Counted from the stretch's first letter, positions 1 to 9,849 are shown. The stretch: 46,997 nt of DNA from a virus (IMGVR_UViG_2693429779_000010); one strand, 5' to 3'. Translations and numbers: made by a program. The notes: a model not told the origin generated them from the sequence alone.

Positions 1-50
1 TCACTTATTTAAGTGATACTGGTTGTCTGGAGATTCAGGGGGCCAGTCTA
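1..50. mobile_element. Terminal ~50 bp of an IS2 copy (terminal inverted repeat); element body lies left of the window
   Basis: 1-50 reads TCACTTATTTAAGTGATACTGGTTGTCTGGAGATTCAGGGGGCCAGTCTA, matching the recalled IS2 end (...GGTTGTCTGGAGATTCAGGGGGCCAGTCTA). Orientation cannot be decided from 50 bp. Confidence 0.55.
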
Positions 51-199
51 CCACCCCTGATGTCAGGTAGGAAAACACCATATGTTTCTGCTCTGTTTTT
101 CCTTAGAAATAGGCATCCTTGCTGGAACAAAGCGAGCAGCTATATTGACTCTATGTTGTGAGTGTGTTGATCCGTTCTGAGTTAATACATTTAAGTTGC

Positions 200-1309
200 T
201 CACTCTGTTTCTGCTATCCATTCCGGGATTTTTGCCTCAAGCTCAAGCTGCGTGGTAAAGCCGCTGTTATCAATGGTGTGCTCGGCTTTTGCAATAATCC
301 AGTCCTGATTATCAATCTCGCTTTTAAATCCTGTTACCGTGCCATGCATTTCGGGGTAGAGTTCTGCACGTCCATGCGCCAGTGTGATGGAGAATGATGC
401 GGCTCCGCGTTGTAGCTGCTGCCACTTTGCCGCCGCTGCACGTCTTGCTGCCTGCTCGTTCTGATAAGTTTTGCGTAACACAAACACGTTGCCTTCCGCA
501 CCTTCCATATAGTCGCCTTCCCGGCTGCTGCTTTTCTCCTTTTTTGGTTTTGACGGTTTGCGGCGTTTCACGCTGACTTTTTTCTTTTTCCCGTAATTAA
601 GATCAAGCCAGTAAGCGCGTACCCCCGTATACGCTTCGCGGTCAGCAATGCGGAACTGATGGCGATCGCCGCTGCTGCGTGTGATGGCGAACGAGGGCAA
701 CGGCTGGCCCTGTGCGTTCACGCCACCACCGGGCATGATGAATAACAGATTACCGCTTTTTACCGTGGTGATTGCGCCCAGCATTTCCGCCATGCGCGTA
801 AGGAAGGACATGTCGCTTTCTTCGGTCTGGTCGGCGTGGTCGATTTCGATATCCATCAGCATTTCGCTGATTTGCGGTTTCAGACCATACCGATGAGCGA
901 TGGCGGATACCACACGCTCAACGGTCACATCATGCCAGGACACCTCACGTTTAACGTTAAATTCAGCCCGAAAATCTGCGCTTCTGGCTGAAACAGTCAG
1001 CCTGTCCGGCGGTCCTTCGTGAGCGATTTCATCAACAATGTAAGTGCCTTTTTCTGTCAGCGGTTCTCCCTTCCAGCCAATGAGAACCGTCAGGCGCGCG
1101 CCCCGTGGCGGTAGCTGCAACTGACCATCCGCATCATCCAGCGTGATGGTGAGCTGGTCCGCCTCAAATCCCCGGTTGTCGGTCAGTGACAGGCTCATCA
1201 GGCGCTCTGCCACGCCTGACAGCGTTTTACCCTCCGCGAGAATATCAAAATCCGGCATTTTCACGGGGTCTGTGCCCTGACTGAGCAATTGCATGGTGGT
1301 GTCGGTCAT
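200..1309 (-). CDS. D: P2 gpD-like tail protein (late control gene D family)
   Basis: ORF 200-1441 translation has gpD-family character. Start moved to internal ATG at 1307-1309, preceded by GGAGG on the minus strand with 6-nt spacing; ~370 aa. Confidence 0.8.
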   Translation of the reverse strand: MTDTTMQLLSQGTDPVKMPDFDILAEGKTLSGVAERLMSLSLTDNRGFEADQLTITLDDADGQLQLPPRGARLTVLIGWKGEPLTEKGTYIVDEIAHEGPPDRLTVSARSADFRAEFNVKREVSWHDVTVERVVSAIAHRYGLKPQISEMLMDIEIDHADQTEESDMSFLTRMAEMLGAITTVKSGNLLFIMPGGGVNAQGQPLPSFAITRSSGDRHQFRIADREAYTGVRAYWLDLNYGKKKKVSVKRRKPSKPKKEKSSSREGDYMEGAEGNVFVLRKTYQNEQAARRAAAAKWQQLQRGAASFSITLAHGRAELYPEMHGTVTGFKSEIDNQDWIIAKAEHTIDNSGFTTQLELEAKIPEWIAETE

Positions 1310-1466
1310 CTGCTCCCTCCCTGTGTGGCATGGTCGCATGTGCGTGCGGAGGGGGTTACTGCTTTTTGTTGTCGCCGTGGCGGGAGAATGGCGCAGGGGT
1401 GAGATTACGCGCGTGGTGGGTGATGATTGTTGCCGAATCATTTAACGGATACAAGGGGTTGAAGCT

Positions 1467-2651
1467 ATGAGTGAAACTCGTTTTCATGGTGCCCGTGTTA
1501 CGGAAAATACCGACCTGGTAACAGCGATTAACGATGTTGATTCCAGCGTTATCGGTATCGTGGCAACGGCGGATGATGCGGACGCGGAGCTGTTCCCGCT
1601 GAACAAGCCCACACTGCTGCCCCGCGTCAATGACGTGCTGGGAAAATGCGGAACAACGGGGACGCTTTATCGTGCGCTTAAGGCCATCGCAGACCAGGTG
1701 AGCACAAAGGTGATCGTCGTTCGCGTGGCTGAACACAAAGAAGAAGACGGAAAAACGCAGGATCAACTGGTTATCGGTGGTTCTGAATCTGACGGCAGCT
1801 ATACGGGGATGTATGCGCTGCTTGTTGCAGAGCAGGATGAAAGCATCGGATACCGTCCGCGTATTCTGGCCGCGCCGGAGCTGGACACGGAGGCGGTGAC
1901 AAAATCCCTGTGCGTGATTGCGGGTAAACTGCGCGCGTTTGTGTATGCCTCATGTCATGACTGTAACACGATGGCTGAGGCAATTACCTACCGCCAGAAA
2001 TTCAACGAACGTGAGGTGATGCTCTTATGGCCGGACTTCATCGCCTACAACCCGAAAAGTGGCAAAAACGAAACGTTCCCCGCGCCTGCCTATGCGTGCG
2101 GCCTTCGTGCGTACATTGACCATGAGCAGGGCTGGCACAAATCGCTGTCCAACGTTCCGGTTAAAAATGTGCTGGGGATGTCCAGGCATGTGTTCTGGTC
2201 GTTGCAGGCCGAAGACAGTGATGCCAACAGCCTCAACAACAAAGAAATCACGACCATTATTCGTCGCAACGGGTTCCGCTTCTGGGGCAACCGCACACCG
2301 GAAACGAACGCCTACATCTTTGAGGTGTATACCCGAACCGCACAGGTGCTGGCTGATTCAATTGCGGAAGCGCAGTTTGAAACCATCGACAGTCCACTGA
2401 CGCCTGCGAACGTGAAGGATGTTATCGGTGCCATCAGGGCAAAACTGGATTCACTGGTTACTGCCGGGAAACTGATTGGGGCGTCGTGCTGGTATGACGT
2501 GGTGGATAACGGCACCACGAATTTACGTCAGGGGCGCGTGCGTATTCGCTACAAATATACGCCTGTTCCCCCGCTGGAAGACATGGAGCTTTACCAGTCG
2601 TTTACTGATGAATTCTTTGGTCCCGCATTTGCGGTGCTGGGAGGTGCCTGA
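1467..2651 (+). CDS. FI: Contractile tail sheath protein (P2 FI homolog)
   Basis: 394 aa; motifs shared with recalled P2 FI (ADDADAE.FPLNKP, LRAF, WPDF, GWHK.LSNV, RRNGFRFWGNRT, YTRTAQV, YKYTPVPPLE). AAGGGG RBS upstream. Confidence 0.9.
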   Translation: MSETRFHGARVTENTDLVTAINDVDSSVIGIVATADDADAELFPLNKPTLLPRVNDVLGKCGTTGTLYRALKAIADQVSTKVIVVRVAEHKEEDGKTQDQLVIGGSESDGSYTGMYALLVAEQDESIGYRPRILAAPELDTEAVTKSLCVIAGKLRAFVYASCHDCNTMAEAITYRQKFNEREVMLLWPDFIAYNPKSGKNETFPAPAYACGLRAYIDHEQGWHKSLSNVPVKNVLGMSRHVFWSLQAEDSDANSLNNKEITTIIRRNGFRFWGNRTPETNAYIFEVYTRTAQVLADSIAEAQFETIDSPLTPANVKDVIGAIRAKLDSLVTAGKLIGASCWYDVVDNGTTNLRQGRVRIRYKYTPVPPLEDMELYQSFTDEFFGPAFAVLGGA

Positions 2652-3163
2652 TGGCTGTACCAAAACATCTTCGCTTTTTTACGCTGTTTGTGGATGGTGA
2701 AAACGAAGTGGGTAAGGTGACGTCCGTCACTCTGCCTAAGCTGACGCGCAAAACCGACAGCTACCGGGGTGGTGGCATGATGGGAGCGGTAAGTATTGAT
2801 CTCGGCCTGGATGACTCCGCGCTTGATGCGAGCTTTGTCATGGGGGGCGCAGTTCGTGAGCTGTTCCTTAAGTATGGCGGCACGATTGACGGTACGCTGC
2901 TGCGTTTTGCGGGTGAATACTACACCGACGCTGAAAGCGACCTGTATGAAGTCGAAATGCGCGGACGTGTGACGGAAATTGATATGGGGGAAGCCAAACA
3001 GGGCGAAGCCACATCACACACTTACGCCATTAAAAACACCTACTACAAGCTGAGTGTTAACGATCGCCCGTTGTGGGAGATTGACCTGCTGAACTTCATT
3101 TACCGGAAGGACGGCAGGGACATTGTGCCCGATCGCATCCGTTCCGCGCTCGGGCTTGGCTGA
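2651..3163 (+). CDS. FII: Tail tube protein (P2 FII homolog)
   Basis: 170 aa, directly follows sheath gene with start overlapping FI stop; size and position match P2 FII. Confidence 0.85.
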   Translation: MAVPKHLRFFTLFVDGENEVGKVTSVTLPKLTRKTDSYRGGGMMGAVSIDLGLDDSALDASFVMGGAVRELFLKYGGTIDGTLLRFAGEYYTDAESDLYEVEMRGRVTEIDMGEAKQGEATSHTYAIKNTYYKLSVNDRPLWEIDLLNFIYRKDGRDIVPDRIRSALGLG

Positions 3164-3217
3164 TAAGTAATATGCAGGCGGCGCAGTGCGTCGCCTCTGA
3201 CTGAAAGGAGTTTCCTG

Positions 3218-3583
3218 ATGAAAGAGACGAAAAACATCGATACCGAAAACACGGTCGTTGCTGACACTGTGAAAGAAACCAGTGAGCGTGGCGTAAAACT
3301 TACCCAACCAATTGAGCGAGGCGGCGAAAAAATCACGTATGTGGAGATCACCGGGGCTATTGAGCAGGCTGGATCTCTGCGAGATTTGTCGCTGTCTGAT
3401 GTGCTGAATTTGAAAGCGGAATCCATGTTTACGCTGCTGTCACGCGTGACATCACCGCGACTGGATGAAGTGACGATCAAAAAAATGGCATCCCGTGACT
3501 TTATTCAGTTATGTGTGGTTGCCGTAAATTTTTTGAGCGGTGCGGACTCTGGCGAGAAGAACGAACAGGCGACGGAAGCCTGA
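3218..3583 (+). CDS. E: Tail assembly chaperone E (zero-frame product)
   Basis: 121-aa ORF between tube and tape-measure genes; contains slippery heptamer T_TTT_TTG at 3529-3535. Confidence 0.75.
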   Translation: MKETKNIDTENTVVADTVKETSERGVKLTQPIERGGEKITYVEITGAIEQAGSLRDLSLSDVLNLKAESMFTLLSRVTSPRLDEVTIKKMASRDFIQLCVVAVNFLSGADSGEKNEQATEA

Positions 3584-3747
3584 TCACGGTTGTGTGCTTT
3601 GAGCACATAGAAGACTTTGTGGCGGATATTGCCGCCATTTTTAACTGGTCGCCCGCCGAAATCTTCATGATGACGCCCGGCGAAGTGGTTAGCTGGCGTG
3701 AGCGGGCGGCACTTCGCAGCGGGAATGCAGACAATGAAGACTCTTGA
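3218..3747 (+). CDS. E': E+E' tail chaperone made by programmed -1 frameshift at 3529-3535
   Basis: The -1 frame is open from the slippery site to 3747 and overlaps the start of T, the conserved P2 E/E' (lambda G/GT-like) arrangement. Confidence 0.65.
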
Positions 3748-6541
3748 TATCCGGGTCGCTTTCAGCGCCGTTGACAGGCTGACCCGGCCTGCCGAAAACG
3801 CCCGCCGCCTGATGGGGCAGTTTGGTGACTCCATCCAGCGAACGCAGGGGGCGATCAAAAATCTCGAGCGTCAGGCGCGTTCATTTGAGCGCGCCCGTGA
3901 CGCTGTCAGTAAAGCGGATGCGGGCATCGTGAAAGCACGACGCCAGCTTAACGCCCTTAATCAGTTACAACGCACGGGTACAGTGCTCAGCGAAAAACAA
4001 CAAAAGCTGATGCAGCAGTTAAGCACCCGGCTTGAACGCCTGAATGAATCGCGCACACGGGAAATTCAGAAAATGCGGGAACTTGGCGGAGAGCTGAAAC
4101 GCCACGGCATTTCCCTGACAGGCAGCGATAACACCATCCAGCAGGCCATCAGACGCACCGGACAATACAACAACCAGCTTGAACGCGAACGGCGGGCGCT
4201 TGCGCGTGTAACGCAGGCGCGTGAGCGGTATTCACGCGCGCAGGAAACAGCGGGAAAACTGAAAACAGGTGGTGCGCTGGCAACAGGTGCGGCGGCAGCG
4301 GGCGGCTATGCTGCCGGGCGTTTTTTGCAGCCCGCTATCGGGTTCGGGAAAGAGATGTCCCGTGTTCAGGCACTGACGCGAATCGATAAAAACAGCCCGC
4401 AGTTTAAGGCGCTGCGTGAGCAGGCGTTAAAACTTGGCTCTGAAACGCAGTTCACCGCAGGCGATGCCGCCAGTGGACAGGCATTTCTTGCAATGGCTGG
4501 TTTCACACCGCAGGCCATTCAGGCTGCGCTTCCCGGCGTGCTGAGCATGGCAACGGCTGGCGGTATGGACCTCGGCGAGACGGCGGATATTGGTTCCAAT
4601 ATCCTGACGCAGTTCGGCCTCTCTGCTGACCAGATGGACCGGGTCGGTGACACACTTACCGCAGCGTTTACCCGTACCAACACTGACCTTCGCGCACTGG
4701 GCGAAACCATGAAATATGCAGGTCCGGTGGCGGGTAAGCTGGGAATATCGCTGGAGCAGGCCGCAGCGATGGCGGGCGTGCTGGCGAAGATGGGTATCAG
4801 GGGGAGTGATGCAGGTACAGCGTTGCGTAAAAGCCTGGCCAATCTGTCATCACCGCCAAAGGCAGCGGCAGAAGCACTGAAAGAGCTGGGGGTGTCAGTT
4901 GCTGACGCCAAAGGCAAAATGCGCCCGATGGAGAATGTGCTGGCCGATCTCTATAAAGCCACCCGCAAATACGGGGAGGTTGACCGGGTATCGTTCTTTA
5001 AGGACATTGCCGGAGAAGAGGCTTTCACATCATTTATGGGCCTCGTTGATGCGGCAGGTGACGGCTTCTTAGCCAAACTGAGAAAAGAACTTGAAGGCGC
5101 GCGCGGTGAGGCAGAACGCACGGCAAAGGTTATGGCCAATAACCTTGATGGCAACCTGAAATCACTCGGCAGTGCATGGGAAGGTCTGCGTATTCGCATC
5201 AGTGATCTGGTTGACGGTCCGCTGCGTTCTGTCACGCAGTGGCTCACGCGGGTTGTCTCAAAGGTGACGGCGCTGGCGCAGGCCCACCCGGCACTGACGC
5301 GCCAGTTACTGATAGCGGGAGGCGCACTGCTGGCGACAACAGCAACGGTTGGTTCGTTGTCTCTGGTTATTGGGGTGCTTCACGGGAAGCTGGCTACGTT
5401 GCGTCTCGGTTTTTCTCTCCTGACCGAATCAATGAATGTTGTCAGGGTTCTGCCTGCATTATGGGGAATGGTGACGGGTTCCGTTTCTTTACTTGGTGGC
5501 GCTATCGGGGCGCTGTTCAGTCCGGTTAGTCTTATCGTGGCTGCGCTTGCCGGAGCTGCCGTTCTTATCTGGAAATACTGGGATCCCATCAGGGCATTTT
5601 TTGCCGGGGTGTTCAGCGGGATTATGGAAAGGCTGACCCCGTTGCGCGAAACCTTTGAACGGTTTGGCCCTGTTTTTGATGTCGTGCGCGATGGGATTAT
5701 TCAGGTCTTTAACTGGTTTAAATCGCTGCTGTCACCGATGGAGTCCAGCAAGGAAACGCTGGATAAATGTGCCAGTGCTGGCGAGATATTCGGTAACGTT
5801 CTTGGCGGTGCGTTACAACTTGTTCTGACACCTGCAAAAATGCTACTGGATACGCTGGCGTGGATACTTGAAAAACTTGGCGTCCTTCCGGATGAAGCGG
5901 AAAGGGCGCGCAAGAAAATCGAAGACGCACAGCGTGCGGCCATTCTTCAGGACAAGGTTGCCTTGCTTCAGGGGGACCTGGCGAAAATCAATCCGCCGAA
6001 GCCTGTGGAAAATGGCAATGGCACCGGAGGTGATAAACCCAAAGACAACAAACCGCTCACAGACAGCAATACCGGGACGCTACGCAGACTCAGCAAAATT
6101 GCTGATAACACAGGTAAGCTGGTTGATGAGACGAAAAAACGCATTGGCCCCGGCGATATTGTCTTTAAGAACCTGCCCCGCGCACTTGCTGTTCGTGGGG
6201 AGTGGCAGGAGCGGAAGATTGCGCAGGTCAGTAAGCCTGCCCCCGCAATTAATATCACACCCGTGGTCCCGGCTCCGCTGCCTCCGGCGCTGGTCCCTGT
6301 TGTTGCGGCCAGCTCCCGCCCGGTGGCGGAGGCCATACGCTCTCCAGTGGCATCAGTTCCTGTAACTTCCCGTAACCGGGAGCCTGTTGCCTCCGGATTT
6401 GGTGGTGAAATTCATGTTCATCTGCATAACGTTGTTACGCAGAATCCCCGCGAACTGGCGAAACTGGTCGGTGAAATGGTCAGGGCAGAAATGGAACGGC
6501 GCGCCCGTGCCGGGCGTGGCAGTTTTTACGATAAAGATTGA
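3734..6541 (+). CDS. T: Tail tape measure protein (P2 gpT homolog)
   Basis: Long ORF (track 3698-6541, GTG at 3698; ATG 3734 preferred because GGGAA lies ~9 nt upstream). Coiled-coil N-terminus, Gly/Ala-rich hydrophobic centre, located after E/E'. Confidence 0.85.
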   Translation: MKTLDIRVAFSAVDRLTRPAENARRLMGQFGDSIQRTQGAIKNLERQARSFERARDAVSKADAGIVKARRQLNALNQLQRTGTVLSEKQQKLMQQLSTRLERLNESRTREIQKMRELGGELKRHGISLTGSDNTIQQAIRRTGQYNNQLERERRALARVTQARERYSRAQETAGKLKTGGALATGAAAAGGYAAGRFLQPAIGFGKEMSRVQALTRIDKNSPQFKALREQALKLGSETQFTAGDAASGQAFLAMAGFTPQAIQAALPGVLSMATAGGMDLGETADIGSNILTQFGLSADQMDRVGDTLTAAFTRTNTDLRALGETMKYAGPVAGKLGISLEQAAAMAGVLAKMGIRGSDAGTALRKSLANLSSPPKAAAEALKELGVSVADAKGKMRPMENVLADLYKATRKYGEVDRVSFFKDIAGEEAFTSFMGLVDAAGDGFLAKLRKELEGARGEAERTAKVMANNLDGNLKSLGSAWEGLRIRISDLVDGPLRSVTQWLTRVVSKVTALAQAHPALTRQLLIAGGALLATTATVGSLSLVIGVLHGKLATLRLGFSLLTESMNVVRVLPALWGMVTGSVSLLGGAIGALFSPVSLIVAALAGAAVLIWKYWDPIRAFFAGVFSGIMERLTPLRETFERFGPVFDVVRDGIIQVFNWFKSLLSPMESSKETLDKCASAGEIFGNVLGGALQLVLTPAKMLLDTLAWILEKLGVLPDEAERARKKIEDAQRAAILQDKVALLQGDLAKINPPKPVENGNGTGGDKPKDNKPLTDSNTGTLRRLSKIADNTGKLVDETKKRIGPGDIVFKNLPRALAVRGEWQERKIAQVSKPAPAINITPVVPAPLPPALVPVVAASSRPVAEAIRSPVASVPVTSRNREPVASGFGGEIHVHLHNVVTQNPRELAKLVGEMVRAEMERRARAGRGSFYDKD

Positions 6542-6547
6542 GGAGTC

Positions 6548-7042
6548 ATGGCCATGATGATGATCTACGGCATGTTTGTTTTTGAGCTGCGTACATTGCC
6601 GCATCAGCAGTTACAGCAAAACAAAAGCTGGCGGCATGTGAAAAATGAACGCGTTAACCGTTCGGCAAGCTGGCAGTATATCGGTGCAGGTGATGAGCGC
6701 ATCGTTCTTTCTGGTGTGCTTTATCCTGAAATTACAGGTGGCGAAGTGTCGCTGTCGCTGCTGACCACGCAGGCGTATACAGGACGACCCTGGCCTCTGA
6801 TTGATGGCGTCGGGCAGATTTACGGCATGTATGTCCTGACCGAAACGAATACGACCCGCTCCGAGTTTGATCGCTACGGTAAGGCGAAAAAGATAGAATT
6901 TTCACTGACTCTTGAACGCTGTGATGAGGATTTGCGGGAGCGCCTGCAATCCTCATCGTTCAGCGATATGCTGTCCGGCTTCAAAGATAAGGTAACATCA
7001 TCCCTTAACAGCGCGGCCAGTTCAGTTAAAGGGTTGTTCTGA
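6548..7042 (+). CDS. U: Tail protein U (P2 gpU homolog)
   Basis: 164-aa ORF immediately after the tape-measure gene; size and position match P2 U. Confidence 0.75.
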   Translation: MAMMMIYGMFVFELRTLPHQQLQQNKSWRHVKNERVNRSASWQYIGAGDERIVLSGVLYPEITGGEVSLSLLTTQAYTGRPWPLIDGVGQIYGMYVLTETNTTRSEFDRYGKAKKIEFSLTLERCDEDLRERLQSSSFSDMLSGFKDKVTSSLNSAASSVKGLF

Positions 7043-7050
7043 TTTAACAC

Positions 7051-7088
7051 AAAAACCGCTAATGGTCAGATTAGCGGTTATTTTGTTT
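7051..7088. terminator. Bidirectional rho-independent terminator between convergent U and invertase genes
   Basis: AAAAA-ACCGCTAAT-ggtcag-ATTAGCGGT-TATTTTGTTT: 9-10 bp stem with A-tract on one side and T-tract on the other; pin stop codon lies in the stem. Confidence 0.6.
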
Positions 7089-7665
7089 CCTGACTCTTCT
7101 CTATTGTTCCGATTGATTCTCCTGCGGGGTGGTAACGATAAATCGTCGATATACCAATGCCGTAAATTATTGCCAGTTGTTTTCTGTCGTGCCCGTTTTT
7201 GATCAGCCTTGCTATTTGCTCATGCTGTTCTTTTGTCAGCTTCGGTCGACGTCCGCCTGTGCGCCCCCGTGCGCGTGCTGCCGCCAGTCCGGCCAGTGTA
7301 CGTTCAACAATTAATTCACGTTCCATTTCAGCCAGGGCACCCATCACGTGGAAGAAAAAACGCCCCATTGGAGAAGATGTATCTATGCTGTCGGTCAGAC
7401 TGCGAAAATTAATTCCTCGCTCCCGTAGTTCCCCGACGAGAGAAATCAGATGTTTCATGCTTCGCCCGAGGCGATCCAGTTTCCAGACAACCAGCGTGTC
7501 ACCTTTTTGAAGGCGCTTTAAAGCGCGTTTTAATCCCGGTCGGTCTGTCTTTGTCCCGCTTAATTTATCTTCAAATATTTGTTCACATCCTGCACAAACA
7601 AGAGCGTTTCGTTGCAGGTCTGTATTCTGGTCATTTGTTGATACCCTTACATAGCCAATCAGCAC
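7078..7665 (-). CDS. pin: Serine DNA invertase (Gin/Pin/Cin/Hin family)
   Basis: Translation ...LIGYVRVSTNDQNTDLQRNALVCAGCEQIFEDKLSGTKTDRPGLKRALKRLQKGDTLVVWKLDRLGRSMKHL... is near-identical to recalled Gin/Pin N-terminus. Likely GTG start at 7663-7665 (GGGAGA 6 nt upstream); track ORF extends to a TTG at 7683. Confidence 0.9.
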   Translation of the reverse strand: MLIGYVRVSTNDQNTDLQRNALVCAGCEQIFEDKLSGTKTDRPGLKRALKRLQKGDTLVVWKLDRLGRSMKHLISLVGELRERGINFRSLTDSIDTSSPMGRFFFHVMGALAEMERELIVERTLAGLAAARARGRTGGRRPKLTKEQHEQIARLIKNGHDRKQLAIIYGIGISTIYRYHPAGESIGTIEKSQETK

Positions 7666-7719
7666 GCTGAATCTCCCGTCCAAAAGCGCAAATCATGCCA
7701 TGCAGGCCGGAAACGGCCA

Positions 7720-7745
7720 TTATCTAAAACCTCGGTTTACAGGAA
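7720..7745 (+). other. pix/gix-type 26-bp crossover site 1, adjacent to the invertase
   Basis: TTATCTAAAACC-TC-GGTTTACAGGAA; one mismatch to recalled Mu gix (TTATCCAAAACCTCGGTTTACAGGAA); 12-bp arms around a 2-bp core. Confidence 0.8.
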
Positions 7746-7769
7746 ACGGTAAACAAGGCTGGTAACGCC

Positions 7770-8756
7770 GTGCAAAAAAATGGCGATACGTTGTCCGGTG
7801 GACTTACTTTTGAAAACGACTCAATCCTTGCCTGGATTCGAAATACTGACTGGGCAAAGATTGGGTTTAAAAATAATTCGGATGCAGACACCGATTCCTA
7901 CATGTGGTTTGAAACAGGCAACAACGGCAATGAATATTTCAAATGGAGACACCGCATCATTGGCACCCGGCCTAAAGACCTGATGAATCTTAAATGGAAT
8001 GCTTTGTCTGTTCTTGTTGAAGCCCTTTTCAGCAGTGAAGTGAAAATATCGACAGTCAATGCACTGAGGATATTTAATTCATCTTTTGGTGCCATTTTTC
8101 GTCGTTCTGAAGAATGCCTGCATATCATCCCTACACGAGAGAATGAAGGGGAAAATGGTAATATAGGGCCACTACGCCCCTTTACGCTTAATCTCAGAAC
8201 TGGCCGGATAAGCATGGGGCATGGTCTTGATGTTACAGGGGATATATTTGCAAACCGTTTTGCAATTAACAGTAGTACCGGCATGTGGATTCATATGCGT
8301 GACCAGAATGTTATTTTGGGACGTAATGCGGTATCCACTGATGGTGCTCAGGCTTTGCTCCGTCAGGACCATGCCGACCGCAAATTTATGATTGGCGGTC
8401 TGGGAAATAAGCAATTTGGCATCTACATGATTAATAACTCAAGGACAGCCAATGGCACCGATGGTCAGGCGTACATGGATAATAACGGGAACTGGCTTTG
8501 CGGCTCGCAAGTTATTCCCGGCAACTATGGCAATTTTGATTCCAGATATGTGAAAGATGTTCGACTTGGTTCACAGCAATATTATGGAGTGAACAACTGG
8601 CAAACATGGAATTTTCAGTGCCCGTCAGGCTATGTACTGACGGGGATTAACGTACAGGATACCGGAAAAAACTCTGCCGATAATATTGCAGGCGTTCATT
8701 ACAGGCCAGTGCAAAAGTATATAAATGGCACTTGGTATAATGTGGCGAGTATTTAA
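7770..8756 (+). CDS. Tail-fibre variable C-terminal cassette A (receptor-binding tip), currently not joined to a constant region
   Basis: Begins just after pix-1; ...[36 protein letters not shown]... and C-terminal ...[12 protein letters not shown] resemble the recalled P2 H distal part. In-frame stop inside pix-1 upstream means it needs inversion to be expressed. Confidence 0.75.
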   Translation: MQKNGDTLSGGLTFENDSILAWIRNTDWAKIGFKNNSDADTDSYMWFETGNNGNEYFKWRHRIIGTRPKDLMNLKWNALSVLVEALFSSEVKISTVNALRIFNSSFGAIFRRSEECLHIIPTRENEGENGNIGPLRPFTLNLRTGRISMGHGLDVTGDIFANRFAINSSTGMWIHMRDQNVILGRNAVSTDGAQALLRQDHADRKFMIGGLGNKQFGIYMINNSRTANGTDGQAYMDNNGNWLCGSQVIPGNYGNFDSRYVKDVRLGSQQYYGVNNWQTWNFQCPSGYVLTGINVQDTGKNSADNIAGVHYRPVQKYINGTWYNVASI

Positions 8757-8757
8757 T

Positions 8758-9285
8758 ATGATGCACTTAAAGAACATAAAAGCAGGTAATGCTAAAACAG
8801 TGGAGCAGTATGAGTTAACAAAGAAGCACGGAGTCATCTGGCTTTACTCTGAGGACGGAAAAAACTGGTATGAGGAAGTGAAGAACTTTCAGCCAGACAC
8901 AATAAAGATTGTTTACGATGCAAATAATATTATTGTCGCCATCACCAAAGATGCCTCCACGCTTAACCCTGAAGGTTATAGCGTCGTTGAGGTTCCTGAT
9001 ATTACAGCTAATCGTCGTGCTGATGATTCCGGTAAGTGGATGTTTAAGGACGGAGCTGTGGTTAAACGGATTTATACGGCTGACGAACAGCAACAACAGG
9101 CCGAATCACAAAAGGCCGCATTGCTTTCCGAAGCTGAATCAGTCATCCAGCCGCTGGAACGCGCTGTCAGGCTGAATATGGCGACGGACGAGGAACGCAC
9201 ACGACTGGAAGCATGGGAACGCTACAGTGTTCTGGTCAGCCGTGTGGATACGGCAAAGCCAGAATGGCCACAAAAGCCTGAGTAA
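8758..9285 (+). CDS. Tail fibre assembly protein (Tfa/gpG-like), cassette A
   Basis: [11 protein letters not shown]... start at 8758 (ATG overlapping TAATATG after the fibre gene); ~175 aa; conserved Tfa C-terminus shared with the cassette C copy. Confidence 0.8.
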   Translation: MMHLKNIKAGNAKTVEQYELTKKHGVIWLYSEDGKNWYEEVKNFQPDTIKIVYDANNIIVAITKDASTLNPEGYSVVEVPDITANRRADDSGKWMFKDGAVVKRIYTADEQQQQAESQKAALLSEAESVIQPLERAVRLNMATDEERTRLEAWERYSVLVSRVDTAKPEWPQKPE

Positions 9286-9290
9286 AAATT

Positions 9291-9310
9291 AAGGCCCGAT
9301 ATCGGGCCTT
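9291..9310. terminator. Perfect 20-bp palindrome between convergent tfa genes
   Basis: AAGGCCCGAT|ATCGGGCCTT; identical copy at 13355-13374. Confidence 0.55.
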
Positions 9311-9313
9311 GTT

Positions 9314-9847
9314 TCATTCTGGTTGTTCGGGAAACGTTACTGGCAGGCTGGAGGTGTCTGTGGATTCGACCTTCTGCGCATAGAGCATCCACTCGGTTAA
9401 TTTTTGTTTATTCTCGTCGGAAATAATGCCCAGCCGTAGCTGTGAGTCCCATAGCTGGGTTTTATCCCTGACGAGCTGTAGCAGGCTTTGCTTTTCATTT
9501 TCCGCTTGTTGCCTCTGCTCTTCCCCGGTATAAGTTCGCTTTATCACTACGCCATCTTTGAACATCCATTTACCTGAAATATCAGCCCGGCGATTTGCTG
9601 TAATATCAGGAACCTCAACGACGCTTGCGCCTTCCGGATTAATTGCTGAAACATCCTTTTCAATACAAATAATAACGCCGTTGTGGTCATAGACCATTTT
9701 CAACGTATCAGGCTGAAAGTTCTTTTGTTCCTCATACCAGTTTTTCCCATCCTCTGTATAAAGCCATTTGATGTTAAATTGTTTCGTTAGCTGGTATTGC
9801 TCTTTTGTTTCAGGATTACCAGCAGAAATGTTTTTTAAGTGCATCAT
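9314..9847 (-). CDS. Tail fibre assembly protein, cassette B (copy 1)
   Basis: 177 aa, MMHLKNISAGNPETKEQ...; identical copy at 13378-13911. Confidence 0.8.
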   Translation of the reverse strand: MMHLKNISAGNPETKEQYQLTKQFNIKWLYTEDGKNWYEEQKNFQPDTLKMVYDHNGVIICIEKDVSAINPEGASVVEVPDITANRRADISGKWMFKDGVVIKRTYTGEEQRQQAENEKQSLLQLVRDKTQLWDSQLRLGIISDENKQKLTEWMLYAQKVESTDTSSLPVTFPEQPE

Positions 9848-9849
9848 CG

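Noticed and set aside
51-199. Possible ogr (zinc-finger late activator) downstream of D
   Set aside because: Minus-strand translation shows no CxxC...CxxC motif; only a short ORF start running into IS2.
1310-1466. Search for the canonical P2 late-promoter dyad TGT-N12-ACA upstream of FI
   Set aside because: No dyad with the expected spacing found by eye; promoter not called.
1356-1766. 136-aa minus-strand ORF spanning the D-FI intergenic region and FI start
   Set aside because: Overlaps the well-supported FI gene on the opposite strand and has no RBS.
3511-3747. 78-aa ORF read as a separate gene
   Set aside because: It is the -1 frame continuation (E') reached by frameshifting at 3529-3535, not an independently initiated gene.
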